Positions 1-15,600 are shown, counted from the stretch's first letter. The stretch: 64,000 bases of DNA from Bugula neritina (GCA_964035545.1 OZ037765.1:18848995-18912994), one strand, 5' to 3'. Made by a program: numbers and translations. Notes: generated from the sequence alone by a model not told the origin.

Positions 1-74
1 CATCCAAGTTGCACATCCTTTAAAAACGGGTGTTCATCATAAACATTTAACTGCAGTATTTCGTCAAATTTTAG

Positions 75-1678
<1,604 letters not shown>

Positions 1679-2308
1679 AGAGTCTAATTGCATCAGTATA
1701 ATTATTTTTGTCAGTTATTTTAATAAAAAATTTACGTAATATAATCATATGTACACATGTGCTATGCTTCAAATTGAGATTAATGCTATTATCAAGTTTT
1801 AAAATATAGAGCTTTACTTAGGATAAAATTTTTTGATTTGTTAACCCTAGTTATTGAAGAAACATCTCTGGCCAAATAGTGTATTTCAAGAAAATCAATC
1901 TTATGGTTTAAAATAATGAAATTTGGATAGTGAAAATCTTGAGGCGTTCAATCATAATGAATTAAATTCATAAGGATTGAGCTATAAATTATAGTTTTAT
2001 AGTTCATATTTGAAAACATAAAAACAAAAATAAACGCAGCCTTGATCAGGAATACAATAATACTAGTGCTATTGTGAAACCTTAATTCTCAAAACCCAAT
2101 TGTGATGATACAAAAAGTTGATTATTTATGGTTTAAAACAAGGCTGAAGGAAAATTCACAGGCATATTATATGCATAGGCACAAAAGACATGCATAAGTG
2201 CAACAATTCTCTATTTTTAATGGTGACCTGGGAACAATGTTGAATGACCAAACTAAGAAACTTAGTCCCCATTGTTAAAAGTTCTTTATAAATATGAAAT
2301 AACTCTAT

Positions 2309-5300
2309 TCAGCGATTGGCTGGGCCTTTCTGTATCATCCTAATTTTCTCATATATCTTAAGGGCTGGTCCAAGCTTGAGCTGCATATTACATAATATGT
2401 CTTGCCTCAACAGCAGCATCAGCGACTTCCCGTCAATCTCCTGAGAACACACAAATGACTGTAAAATCTCCAGAATAATGAACTACTGTAACTGAAGCAT
2501 TTGAAAAAGCATATGTTCCCTTCAGATCCTCAAGATGTTTTCCATGTACAATAAAATACTACATATAAACTTCAACACTTGTAAGCTAGCAGAATAATGA
2601 TGTTTTAATATAAAAGGTTGTTTTTACACATTTAATTTGCAAGCTGATTTATAATCCCTATTGGTTCCTTTTAGTACACATTTACAATACAACTATAATA
2701 TTTAAATGGAACATAATATTGAATATAGCGTGAATTGATGTAGCATAATACAATAGAATGAAAATTTCGCCACTAGTGTAAGGAATTACTAGTAATGGTG
2801 AGTGTTTACGTTTTTGATGAGTATATAGCCAATCACATTGTAAGTAAAACCTTACTTGGTCCGAAAATTTAGCAGCTTCATCAGGAAACCCACACTCTAT
2901 AATATACTGAGAGACATTGGCTACGCTCCAGTGACTAGGTTTAGCAGGTAGAAGGTGTTTAGGAGAGACACTATTTTGTAAAGGAGCAGCAGGTGCAGGC
3001 GGAGCGCTGTGCACTGGACCCACTGTGAATATATAAATAAATGTAACTGCATACATTATTCAACTATCTCACCTGTAGTTATATAATGCATAATGTCAAC
3101 CCAATAATCACAATTAGAAAACAGTTACTTTTGAGTAGCTCACAAATCAAAGTTCAGCATTTCTGAAAAAAGTAAATCAGCAGGTGAAAGTAGCATTACC
3201 TACCACTGACATTGGACTGAGGAGCAATAGTGTTAGCAGTCTCTATGCTTGCTGCATCTTTTGAAGAAATAGGGCTATGGTTTTCACCAATATCGGCATC
3301 ACTTATCAGGTCATCAGTCGTTACTCCATCACCAATGCATGCATTACAAGCCCATTTATCTGAAATTAAAAAAAGTCATATGTACACAATACACTATCAT
3401 CCTAGACATCAGAAGAAACAATACAAAGTAGCATATTCTGCATAGTATACTTGAGCAAATAATTGAACTTTCTTTTTGTAAAAAAAGAATCTGATTTATT
3501 TTTCATATAGAGCACAGATATTACCGAGTCAAGTGCCGAAAGCTTTACCAAAAACCTAAACCGACCAAACTAATGATATATAAAAGTAAAAACTTTAGCT
3601 TAAAAGATGAAGAAGATATATGTCTTACTTTTAGGCTTTTCCTTGATTGCAGGATCGTGACAGAACATATGATAACCCTTGTCACACGCATCACAAAACA
3701 GCAGATCATCGGGGTGTCCAGAGTCAAGACACAAGCAACAGGTTTTACAGTCTATGCACTGCCAAGGTCCCATCCTAGCTCGTCTAGACAATATCTCGCC
3801 ATAGCCCATACATGAGGCGTGAGCTACAAGAGCATGAACCATAATTATTCAATTTTACAATATTTTAGTAGAACATTTCACTCGGCAGGCATAGGGAGTA
3901 ACCGTGGTCTAGGGGTTAGAGCGTTTGCCAATGAAGTCATGGGTTCGAACCCCGACAAAGGCCATTGGTGATGTTAGGGAAAACATCCAGTCATAATTGG
4001 TCCTGTGCCCCATCTAAATAAATCCTTAACCCACTTTATCAAAAAACTCTTACCATCAGGGGTTTCTCACAGAGATAGCGACTATAAACTTGCGCGAGTT
4101 TTTTATTTCGCTCAGCAGGCATTAGTTTGAGTCCAGCACTTTTTTTATATTTATAATAAGAGAGTTAATAAAAAGTAGATATCCAATTGCATACTAATCT
4201 ATAAACACAATCAGATGTAGCATCACACCTACCTTTGGCAGGACAGTCTTTACACATGAGCAACTCTTCAAACTTTCCAAATTTGTTAGATGAAGAACTT
4301 TGCAGACAAAAATCACAGATAAGGTCTGTAACAGGGGGCAGAACGGGAGCACCTTTATTTCCTGGTGTGTCATAGAATTCGAAATCATCATGACTTTTCT
4401 TAAACCTCTGCAACATTATCATCAACTAGAAACATTATGATGCAGGAGTAGCTTGGCAGTCAGTGCTAACAGCATGTCAATCTGCAGCCTAGCAGGTCTT
4501 CATATACTGCCAAATTTTCTAATTACACCGAAAGTTCGTGTACACGGAAAAGAGAAATATAGGAAACTCAGCAGGCTCTTCTGCATCTTGCATGTTATCT
4601 TGCCTTTTGGAAAAGTTTTAGCATAAAAATAATGTGAGAGTTGCTTGGCATTTTGAACCATCAGAGTGCTGGCCTGGCCAAAATATGACGGTGAAAGTGA
4701 ATGTTTTAGACTGTGGCAATTAACAAATTTGCTATTTCACAGCAGGAATGGAAGTATACAACGTCAACCACAAGTCTGCAATTGAATGATAAAACTAGGA
4801 AACTGGCAGAAATTATTAGGACATGAAGTTAAAAATAATCTGAAAGTGGAGCAACTGCTACTAGCATTTTTACTACGCCAAGTATTAACTACTACCTATG
4901 TGATTATAAACATAGTTTAATCTGTTACTATAACTTAAAAAATAGTTTGTTCAACATGTAGTAACTTATCTTGACCATTTAAAAGTTGTATTACAATTTA
5001 TTAAATTGTTAAATGAGTATATTCATGAACCTTGAACCTGATTATGCTTGAAATGAAATGAATACGAAATTAAGCAAAGCATGGTCTACCTTTAATTTCA
5101 TGGTCACTAGCAACAATTTGTTTACAAATTTATATAGACGTACTTTTCTTTTACCAAGTTGTGCAACTTTTTTCGGATTTTCGGTATCTGGACTTCTTTT
5201 AGCAGGTGCCGAGGGCACGCTAAGCGTCTTGACAACTCGTCTGCTAGGAGATCCATTGCTTTGAGGTCTACCGCGTTTCTTGACCAATAGATAAAGCCCG

Positions 5301-6400
5301 GCTTCATTCTGGCGTAGTCTCATACATTCTACCTGTAAACACAGTTTCAACATATTGAATTAATTTAAAATAAATGAATGTAATGAACAATAAGTTCCAT
5401 TCATAGATATGTGTTGCCTGTTCTACTGATTTGCAGCAATACCTCTTGACTGAGACTTCTTTGAAGCTCAAAAAGTTCGATTTGAGAATTGTGATGCCTC
5501 AGCCAATCTGAGATATCCTCGAGTGAAGCACCTAGCTTGTTGTTTTTCTGCAGAAAAAATTCAACAAAAATTCAAGTGAATATTGGTGGATATGAGTTTG
5601 GAACCAGTAAAATATAGTTAATATCGTTAATATCCCAGTAGCCTGTTTAAGGAGCAGTTAGTAAGCAGGAACTCGTGGGTTTGAATCTCAGTAGTCATTG
5701 GTGATGCCAGGAAGGACCAGTGCCTGGTTACAACTAATCAGTGCTATACAGAGAATCCTACAAACCATTATGCCATTAAGATGAGAGGCACGGTTTTTAG
5801 CTCTCTCAAAAGACTCATGGATTCTCACAGGAATGGATACTTTAAAAAACAAGAAATTTATTCCAGAATTTTTTTGTAATAAAGAAATAAAGTAAGATGC
5901 ATTTTGTAGCAGACTACTGTAGATAAAATCACTGGAAAAGAGACTGTAAAAAGAGATACACAACAGTTTGCCTTTCACAACTAACAAGTAGCAGTATAAA
6001 TTTTACTGTAAAATATGTTATATGAATATGTTTATCTACTCACTTGATTGATCTCCTTTATACATTTACCCAGCATACAACTGAAATCCTTTGGAGGTTG
6101 AATTTCCTTATTGGGCTGGCTTACAATCTGTTTGACATCGGGCATACTGGGTTTAGGTAACAATTTCAATTGATTCGGTGATTGAACAATCATATACACA
6201 GCAGTGCCTTCTTTCTCAATGTTAAATATTCTTGCATCTTTTATTAGCTGTTCTAGAAGCAGTTGAGTTTTTTCAGGACTAATATCATGATTTTTTTTCA
6301 TTGTGTCACAAATTCTAGTTAGGTCTGAGCTGTTTTGATGTTGCAGTTCATTTATACAGCCAACTAATCGCTCTGAGGCTTTGTGGTCTGTGTCAGCCAT
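2309..6400 (-). CDS. SAMD1-like chromatin protein (~491 aa): winged helix 1 - winged helix 2 - AT-hook - double PHD finger - SAM; exons 6400-6044, 5547-5443, 5332-5144, 4407-4233, 3823-3629, 3359-3204, 3022-2856, 2440-2309
   Basis: N-terminal [28 protein letters not shown] resembles the SAMD1/KAT6 winged helix. KKRGRP is an AT-hook. [58 protein letters not shown] is a double PHD finger. [32 protein letters not shown] is a SAMD1-type SAM. The exons sum to 1476 nt in frame. Confidence 0.88.
3893..4090 (+). mobile_element. tRNA-derived SINE in an intron of the SAMD1-like gene
   Basis: Pol III A-box (TGGTCTAGGGGTT) and B-box (GGGTTCGAACCCC) followed by a CATTGGTGATG..AGG body, with no complete cloverleaf. 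Boundaries approximate. Confidence 0.6.
5637..5770 (+). mobile_element. Degenerate second copy of the same SINE family
   Basis: B-box-like GGGTTTGAATCTC followed by CATTGGTGATGCCAGGAAG, shared with the 3893 copy. Confidence 0.4.
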
Positions 6401-7679
6401 GACATTGACAACAGTTCTGAAGGTTATGTCTGTCAAAACAACATGTTATATATACGTGAGAACACTAGTGGCATAAAGCCAGAGTTTCTAACTGCCAAAT
6501 ATTAAAAGACAATCTGGTATAGGTTCTATTTTAATAATTTCGCTGCAACATATCTCACATTATCAATTATATCATAGTATAATTACATATTATTATACTC
6601 TTTTTTATAATGATGTTTGTTACCACTACGTTGGATAAAGTATTTAAAGGCCAGTAATTTTATGTGTAAAAATAGAAACTGTGCCCGAGAAAAACGCAAC
6701 CTTCAACAGCAACACTTTTATTAAATTTTATTTTATTTTCCTAATGCACATATATTTATTTGTTAGATAAAAATTTATTAAATATCACTTATATATCATT
6801 ATGCAAAAGGAGCTGGGTGGCAGCAAATCTTTCGCAAATGTGCAAGTAATATTTACTGTTACAGTGTAACTGTTAATTTCATTGATTTACTTTATTAATA
6901 TAATTAATGGCATGAAACGAAAAATTAAAATTTAGGGATATTATATTTATAATACAAATGAGATACAAATTGAAATTAACTAAAATAATACTAATTTGTT
7001 TATGAAAATTATTAAATATTATGCTGAGATTCATTAGACTAGTATATCAGTATGATGGTATAACTTATACGTAAAACTACATTTTCAATCAAATGATAAA
7101 TTCAACCTACAAGTATAAACTTTAGGTTAAACAGTTAATAGTTTTACAAGCTTGTATCTGAAACTATAATCTAAGTCCAACATCGAGCAATTGTGTCAGT
7201 TTACTTCATTTAGTACACACCAGCAAATTATGACCTAACATCAAAGTTTGCTCAAAATCCATTGAAATTTACTATACATGGTATTTTTATGTGCTGGTTT
7301 TAACTACGCATAACAGAAAAGGCTGTAAGGGGACTCCCCAACATTAAAGCACAGGTCATTGTCATATGCACTTAATATTCTATATGTGCGGACCGACGGT
7401 CCGTAACCAAAACTAGCTGAATAATTAGGGAAAAACATGGGAAATGAAGCAAAATTAAAAGGAACTTTGATTATTTAGGTGTATTTATTGGTGTTTTACT
7501 AGTTTTGACCAAAAAACCATGTTCATTACCAGCTAAAGTGTGAAAAATAGCCAAAAACTGAAGATTTCGAGTGTGTACTAAATTAAGTAAAATGACCCAA
7601 TTAGTAAAAGTACTACTGTTGTTATAACCATTAGACATTAGAATTTGATCAAACTCTAAAATAGTAAAAGCGAATAAAA

Positions 7680-9650
7680 TGGCATAGCAATACTGATAGT
7701 CATAGTGATAGTCATAACTCATAAGCCAGTATGACTTATCAGTATGAGTATCACAATCACTATGAATACCAGTATGAGTATTACTGCCACTGATAGTCAT
7801 AGTTCATAATCACACTCAAAGTGATAGACTCAAACTGATATTCTAAGCCCATCATTTTAATACTTATGCTATAATATATAGCATAAATCTACCACTATAG
7901 TTTATAAGTTATAGTTTTAGACCTTATGGCTTATAGGTATACTAATACAGTTATACTCAAGTTATAGTTTTACTCAATCTCATACACTTACTCTTAGAGT
8001 CTGCGTTACACACATACTCATAGTCATACTGATATTGCTGCTGCCGTACTGATAGTGGTACTCATACCTGATAGTGATACCATACTCATACTGAGTGATA
8101 CTGTCACTATCACTAAGTAATTATGAGTATCACTGACCCTACAGCATGTGCACGCTACTATTACTACTACTATTACTACGGCAAACAGCATCGTTATGAT
8201 TATCATTAGGACTATCACTATAACTATGGTATCAAATTCAATGTGAGTATGACTATGACCATGCATATCACTATCAGAGTGAAAATACCATAGAATCAGA
8301 ATGAGTATCCCTATCAGTACCAGAATGAGTATTACTATGACTATCAATTTAAGTGGAACTGAACAGTGAATCTGTCAATGTCAAATTTAATGTTAAACTA
8401 AACCTGAATGAGTGAATGCAAATGCGATACTCAGAGTGATACTGATACTCAACTCATACTTATACTAATAGTAATACTAATAAAATTAATGGATTAGTAT
8501 TATACTATCAGTATTACTATTACTACACTATTAGTATTATCAGACTATCAAGTATTACTATTAGTATCACTATGAGTATGACTCTCACTTTTCAGTACCA
8601 CTACATATTTCAGATAATGATATCTCACTATCACTATGACTATCGGGATCACATTCTGATTCTGAGATTCTCATTCTGATTCACTGATACTGAGTCTGAT
8701 AGTAATAGTTAACTGCTAATCACTTAATCTTATCCGTTATCAGTATGAGACTATGAGTATCACATCTCTTAAACTTAGAGTTAAACTTAACGATAATCCT
8801 AATCTTATTATGATTAGGCTTATCATTAAGTTAAAACTTATACTTATTAATAATATTAATAATCTTATCACTATTAGTATTACAGTACTAGTATTAGTAT
8901 TACTATTAGTATTAGTAATACTAATAGTATTACTATTAGTAATACTGTATTACTATTAGTATTACTATTAGTATTAGTATTACTATTACTATTAGTATTA
9001 CATTTAGTTTTACTATTAGAGTATTAGTAATCACTACATTAACATATCTCAACGATATGGCTATCACAACCATGCTGATGACCGATCACTATAACTTCAA
9101 ACTGTGAGTAAATGATGATAATAGTGATAGACTGGGTGTGATACCAATAATATTGACTTTGAGATATTCAACATTCGACACTCCAACTTCAACTTGAAGT
9201 CTAATAAATTCATTATCACCTTGAACTTGGCATTAAATTGTCGCCAAAGGGCTCGTAGTCTCGGCTAAACCAGAATTTGCGTTGATACACAAATCTATAT
9301 AACGTATAAATGCCGATAACGTCTATAATATATTAACCACACTTCGTAAACATTTCGAATATAATGGACCTGAGCCTATTCCCAACAGCACCCGTGAACC
9401 ACGTTTTTCAAATTGAATAACTTGTAGTAGTATTACTATTGAAGTATTAAAGAAATTGATTATTCTGACCGTGACAACTTTGTGAAATTTAGATCATTAA
9501 TTTCACTTTTAGTTTCACGTTGGACTTGGTTCTGACCATTGAGATATAACTAGTTTTTAATTCAGAGGACGTGGTTCTGACTCCGATTCTAATTCTTAGT
9601 CTGACTCTGAGTCTGTCTCTTATCTCTTTAACTTTTGGATAGCTAAAATC
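7680..9650. repeat. Cryptically simple, 3/6-nt periodic low-complexity tract with a (TAG/TAT/TAC)n core at ~8860-9030
   Basis: Runs of hexamer variants (AGTCAT, AGTGAT, AGTATG, ACTCAT, AGTATT, ACTATT, ATTCTG). These generate the spurious I/L/V-rich ORFs in the track. Confidence 0.75.
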
Positions 9651-9659
9651 AGAATCAGA

Positions 9660-12600
9660 ATGGCTTCTGCTCAATCTGCAATGAAAAAGAGTGCTGTGAG
9701 TTTGTTGTTCAAATTAAACAACTCAGTTTCAAATGCAAGTTGCAGGCACATCTATAATTGCGCTCTCAATTGCCGATCCACTCCCAGACATTTTGGATTT
9801 ATACCAAGCCAATGCCATACTTATACTGATACTGGTGCTCGAACATATGGTGATGGTCTGAAAAGATTTAGCACACTTGCTGTTAAATGCAGTGGCCAAG
9901 ATCAATATGCTATTGCGCCTGTTAATCATGATGCTAAAGTTAAAAATATGAGATCTAATTCTACTACTAGTAGTACTATGTCTTGTTCAATCTATGTAAA
10001 CTCCCCGGCCAACAAGAAAAATAAATTTAATCTGTTAGCCCCACCAGATGATCTGTTTGGCTGCTCACATCAAACAAGAGCCGTTCATTCGAAAAGTGGA
10101 GGTAAATAATTCACAATCACAATGTAAACGGTAAACTGACCATCCCAATAAATATAATTTGTCATTTCAGTTTGAATTTCTACTTTTTTCAGTTGAAATT
10201 AATATCTAGCCACTGAAGGAATGAATTAAAAAATAAATTGTCAAAACTATTATAGTAAAATATACTCTTCAGTTTAGATAAACAAGCTGCCCATGCATTT
10301 ATTAGAAATGTATATCTATAAATATAGCTATTAAGCTATTACCTAACTTTATGCAATCAGAAGGACAGCATAAGGACAGCCACATGAAACCGAGGCCCTA
10401 CACATTTCACATCTGACCCTAAATAAAAAGCCTATAGTTATATTTAGTGACATGGCAGTACAATTTTATTTAGTGACCTAATCCTGTGTAAGAATGGACT
10501 TCTCATATATATGTTTTTAGGTGATGAACAATTCATTGAGTTTTTGACTAAAGAGATAACCAATGAAAAGGAAGAACCAGCTGAACTGCCATCCATTAAT
10601 GGCTTTGATACTGTGGAAACCAAAGGCCCCCATGTCAAGCTGGTCAAGAAGTTTAACAATGAGCTGTAAGGATATTTTTGTAATTGAAATTTTATAATAA
10701 GTTTAAAGTCTTCAAGCCTTAATACTGACTAAGTGCCCTTAGTAACTGACGACCTTAGAAGGCTTTGTTGTGAGATTTAGGCGATCTCTTAGATGATGAA
10801 TTTCTAGCTAAACTTGCAAGTTAAGCTCCCGTTTCATTTAACCCAACATTTTTTCTAAAATTGCTTTGCATATTAGATTAAAAGTAGGACTAGGTACTTG
10901 AATGTTTTGGAATTTCCATAAAGTAGTTTAATTTTATTGTCTTTGGCCTTTTATGATTGCAAGCGACAAATTTTTGTAGCTACTTCTATATTTTCATGTG
11001 TTTTTTCCATGCGAACAAGTAATATAAATATTTAAGTTTGGCAATTACGTTGTGAACGTCATTAGAAATTGGGCAATTAGTCTACTGTTTCCGTTTCAGT
11101 AAAGTAAGAAGCCTCTGTTATTAAGATTCTGCCCATATGAGGACCTGTCCACAAATGTTTCACTTGTGATATAAAACTTTCTACATGCCTTCGCAGTTGA
11201 TTTGGTGTTGAGCCTAATCCCTAGCTCTGTAAGGAAGTGGTTTTTAATATGCAAATCTTGAATTTCAAAGAAAATCATTGGCATGTAAAATAACCCACTA
11301 GCTGTGTTGCTACTCACCACCTACAGTGCCACAGTTTCATGCTCTTTATAGATATTATCTATGAGCATGTTACTATTAATAAACTGCTACTCAAAAAAAT
11401 ATCTAAATACTAGAGGTGTTGGTTTTCAAAGTAAGACTGTGCGCTCTTTATGCACATAGGCAAGAGCTTATTAGTAAAAAGCATTAAAAATGAAAAAACA
11501 TTAATAATACCTGATTTGACAGTTTGACTAAAGGTGTGGACAAGTGTATTTAGAAAATGCAAAGCACATAAGTACTCAGTTATTTGTACTTTTCCATTAT
11601 CAACATAACAATACATTTAGTGATTGTGTTTTGCAGTATCACCGTAAAGTTCACTGTCAACAATTCCATTTCATCATCAGAAGAGGATATGGAAGAAGAA
11701 CCTGCAGATGAAGTGGACACTGCTATACCACAGGTACTTTCACCATCCCATGCCTTGCTGTCACTCAATGCATGTGCCTTGCTGTCACTCAATGCATGTG
11801 CCTTGCTGTCACTCAATGCATGTGCAGAATGAAGTGTGTTTCAGGCCCTTTCCTATAACTAAACATGACAGTCACTATTACTCGCGCAATAGTGCATGAA
11901 ATAATTATTGAAAATGTTGTAGTTGAAACATTCTCACTATTATCTTGCTATTGTAGTCATCTTCCCATGCAATAATTTCAATACTTTTTTATAATAATAT
12001 ATGTTAAGTTAGGATTAAATGTAAATTCTTCTTTGTAGAATGTTTACTGTCATTAAAACTGAAAGAAAATGAGACTTTCAATTTAAATAAAGGTGACTTA
12101 AGCTGCTGTATGATTTAACAAAAATTAGGAAAATTCACTTTAAATGTATTTTGAATAATTTTCTTTTACGGATTTTGTATGCCTGTAGCAGTCTTGTATG
12201 CACAGGTGATGTCTGATCATGTGAATATGATTGCTGACTGTAGGTTCCGGGCCACTGTCCTACTTCCCTACTATTTTTCTCACTGATTCACCCTTCATTT
12301 AATAGGATATAATTATTGTTTCCTTATATTGCAAGAAGCTTTCATACACTTGTGACTTTTGTTATCTGTGTATTCACCTGCCAAACCTTAAATTTCTAAC
12401 TGGCTGTATCTTATTATACCGAAACACTCTACTGTTTTCTATCATAGTTTCAATTGCCAAGTCTAATAAGTACATCTCAATAATATTGTAGCTACTGTGA
12501 TTAAACATTTTTTTTATCTCAATAAGTTTAAAAGACTAATAACAATTTTAATGCATTCTAACCAAAGTGTTTGATGATGTAAGATTTTCCCTGATGGCTG

Positions 12601-15600
12601 TTACAGATGGTGTCTAGACCTGAGTTTGATGTTGTTATTAAGAAGGACGGCGTCAGCCCACAACTGCATTTGAAATGTCAGCTTATGGACAGCTCCATGG
12701 ATGCTGAAATCAAAGGTATACCGTTGCATGATAATATAATAATTAACTGCTTTTACAATGTAAACCAATAGTTGTACTCCATAAAATTTTTCGAAAAATG
12801 TATTTTAATCAATGCTTTTGTACACCTTTTTATTCTAAATGTTTGAGTACAACATTGAGGCCTGCTTAAGCGCATTGTCTAACTAAAGATTAGGCAGTGA
12901 TTTAGATGTCTTTCTCATTTGAAATACCTTCATGGTTTTCCTGGAAATGACAAAGCACTGGCAGCCTTTTTCACTTCCCTTTCAAAAAAACTTTCACTTC
13001 CGCTGTGAGTTGGGAACTTGAAATGTGAAGCTCTATTAATCAGCTGATAAGACCCAATGTAGGTGTAATGGTTTCTGCCTCAGCTAACTCTTGGCAGAGT
13101 AACACTGTACCTGGTATATTTTATGGGAGTGACCTTAATAACTGTAGGAAATAAAGGCGGTTGTTATTATTTATTACTGCTGATTATTTGAATTGACTGC
13201 AGCTATAGCCTTACAGGTGAGCTCAGATACGCATGGGTTGTTTGATCTCATCCATGAATAGAATCATCAAATAAAGCAGGTCTTTGGTACCTTGACAACT
13301 TAAATCATTTCTTGGTTCGCTAATTTGCTTTAATTCCAACTATAGAACATGTAGGAAGAATTAGCACCCGTGCATACTCTATTACAATCATCGCTCGTGT
13401 AGCATAAAACTGAAAATGCGTCACTAAATAATCATGCATGGTCATCATTAATTGCCTCTATATTTAATTTTTTCTATAAACCTAGGATTAAAACTGTATT
13501 AAATCTGGTTTTCAGTGTGGTTTACCAATATACAGAATGGATTGAACATTCATAATTTCTTTACCTTTTTAAATTTACTGTGCTGAGATACTGCAGCAAT
13601 AAATGCATTATCTTGTTTGTAGTGGTGCTGTCTGTGCTAGTCTGTAGTGATACTTTGTGTATGCTGGTCTGTGGTGATACTGTGTATGTTGCTCTGTAGT
13701 GGTACTATGTATGCAGATGGAATTAAAATAATTTAATGGCATTTGGCAGCATTTTTTTACAATATTTTGGGATACTGAGTTTCAACCTTCAGTAAAAGCT
13801 AGGCAAGTTTGCCAATTTTGTTTCAACAAAATAAAATTTTTCTATTTGATCAGCTATTTAGTTTTAATATTTCCTGTGCCTATGTAAGTGACGATTCCAG
13901 TCACTATGTGTTCATAAAAGCTCATATTATCTAGTATGCAGTTTATGAGAATGACATTGCGTGAAATACTGCTTTATACTGGCTGTCAAAATACAGGTTT
14001 TTAAACAATATTAGAATTAACTATGCTAAAATCTTCTAACCTTGCGCAGTCACTGCAATTGAACATAGATGCTATGCGAAGTGCTATAAAGATTATATAG
14101 AGAACTGTCCCTGTTTTTGGAATAAACATTCACTTTGACAAAAAACTCAATCTTTTATACTGAAACTGTATTCTAAACATGACTTGATAAAAAGTACAAT
14201 GTAACTTCAAATATAAAGCAATCAGCTTATTCTCAGCCACAGTACGCGGTTGTTGGTGACACGTTGACCTTTGAATTACCTTTCAAGCAACTAAATGTTG
14301 GTCAGAATGAATCATTTTAGGAGCAAGAATTTAATTTTTTAACTTGTTTGTTATTTGTCGGATGTTTCAATTTCGTTGCTTTTATTTTGAAATACGTTTA
14401 AACCTTCATCAAGGTTTGTGTTGTAATTTGTACTAATGTTATTTGTTACATCAGTGACGTGACGTTTATGCAAATTATGTGACATCCATGGGTCTCCATA
14501 AAACAAATTCATATCTGAATTCCTGATGTTCATAATACACATGACTTATTGGCCAAAATTAAACTTATTCATACCTTTTGTTTGTAATAGGTTGATAAAT
14601 CACTGCAACCTCACCGAAATGTATCTTTTGAATTTAGAGTTTAGAAGTTACATTACTGGCACCAAAGTTGGCATTACTCTGTAAATATGTTAAATTTGTT
14701 GGATCGATATTTTTTCGGCATGACAGAAGTGAATATAATGAATATTAAAATAAAAAATTATAATTACATGTTGAGTGCATTTTCTTCAAATTGTTGATGC
14801 AAAAACCTAAGCACTTTCATTGCTTTCATTTGACGAATTGACTGCATCTGAATTATTCAGCTGGTGTTGTGAAATGAAGTGAATATTTGTTAAAACTTTA
14901 TGAGTCTAATAATTCAGAAAATTTCAAATGTTCCTGTAAATTAAAGCATATCCTAGGACTGTAAAATCTCTCAGATGTTATCTAGAAACCGTTGTTCCTG
15001 ATATGTGCCAATTGCAATCTTTGATTTGTATACATATGTAACTTCAATTAATTCATGGTGTGCCTATGCTACTCGAGTTGCTGCCTCAGAGTGTTCCAAA
15101 TGTTGTATTACAGATGAAGAGGACAGCTTTGAAATACTTGAGTTCGCTATGGTAGAAGAAGAGTGGAACAATGACACCTACTTTGTTAATGCTGATCTAT
15201 TGGATCCAGTAAGATTATTTAACAGTTACTTCTGTCTGCATTTATTCAACTTAGTCTATAAATAAGTTATTTTATCTTTGATTGATTGAATACTGTAGCC
15301 AGCACCAGCACACCTACATGGGTATCAATTTCACAGTGAGGAACAACATTGAAAATTTAGCTATTGGATTATTTTTTGACTGGAGTTATTAATGGAAACT
15401 TGGTGCAGCTTATTTTCTTTGATTCCCAATGTTACCTATGGTTCTTTGTTTTATTATTATTTTTTATTTTCAAGTATAGTTATGATGTTATTTATTTTGC
15501 TGCATCATATATTTATTGGCTTTAAGCGCTGCCTTGCTTTTATTTAGACCATGTATGATATGCTGATGCTAATGCTAGAGGAACGAGGTATCAATCACTC

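Noticed and set aside
3893-3965. tRNA gene
   Set aside because: A and B boxes are present but there is no proper acceptor or anticodon stem, and a SINE-like body follows.
2309-6400. Annotation as KAT6A/B histone acetyltransferase
   Set aside because: No MYST domain is present between the PHD fingers and the SAM/stop.
7471-8959. Hydrophobic ORFs (7471-7800, 8024-8347, 8753-8959) as membrane proteins
   Set aside because: Artefacts of the periodic low-complexity DNA.
11708-11899. 24-bp repeats as a CRISPR array or Cys/His-rich repeat peptide
   Set aside because: Contiguous units without spacers in a eukaryotic intron; the ORFs are incidental.
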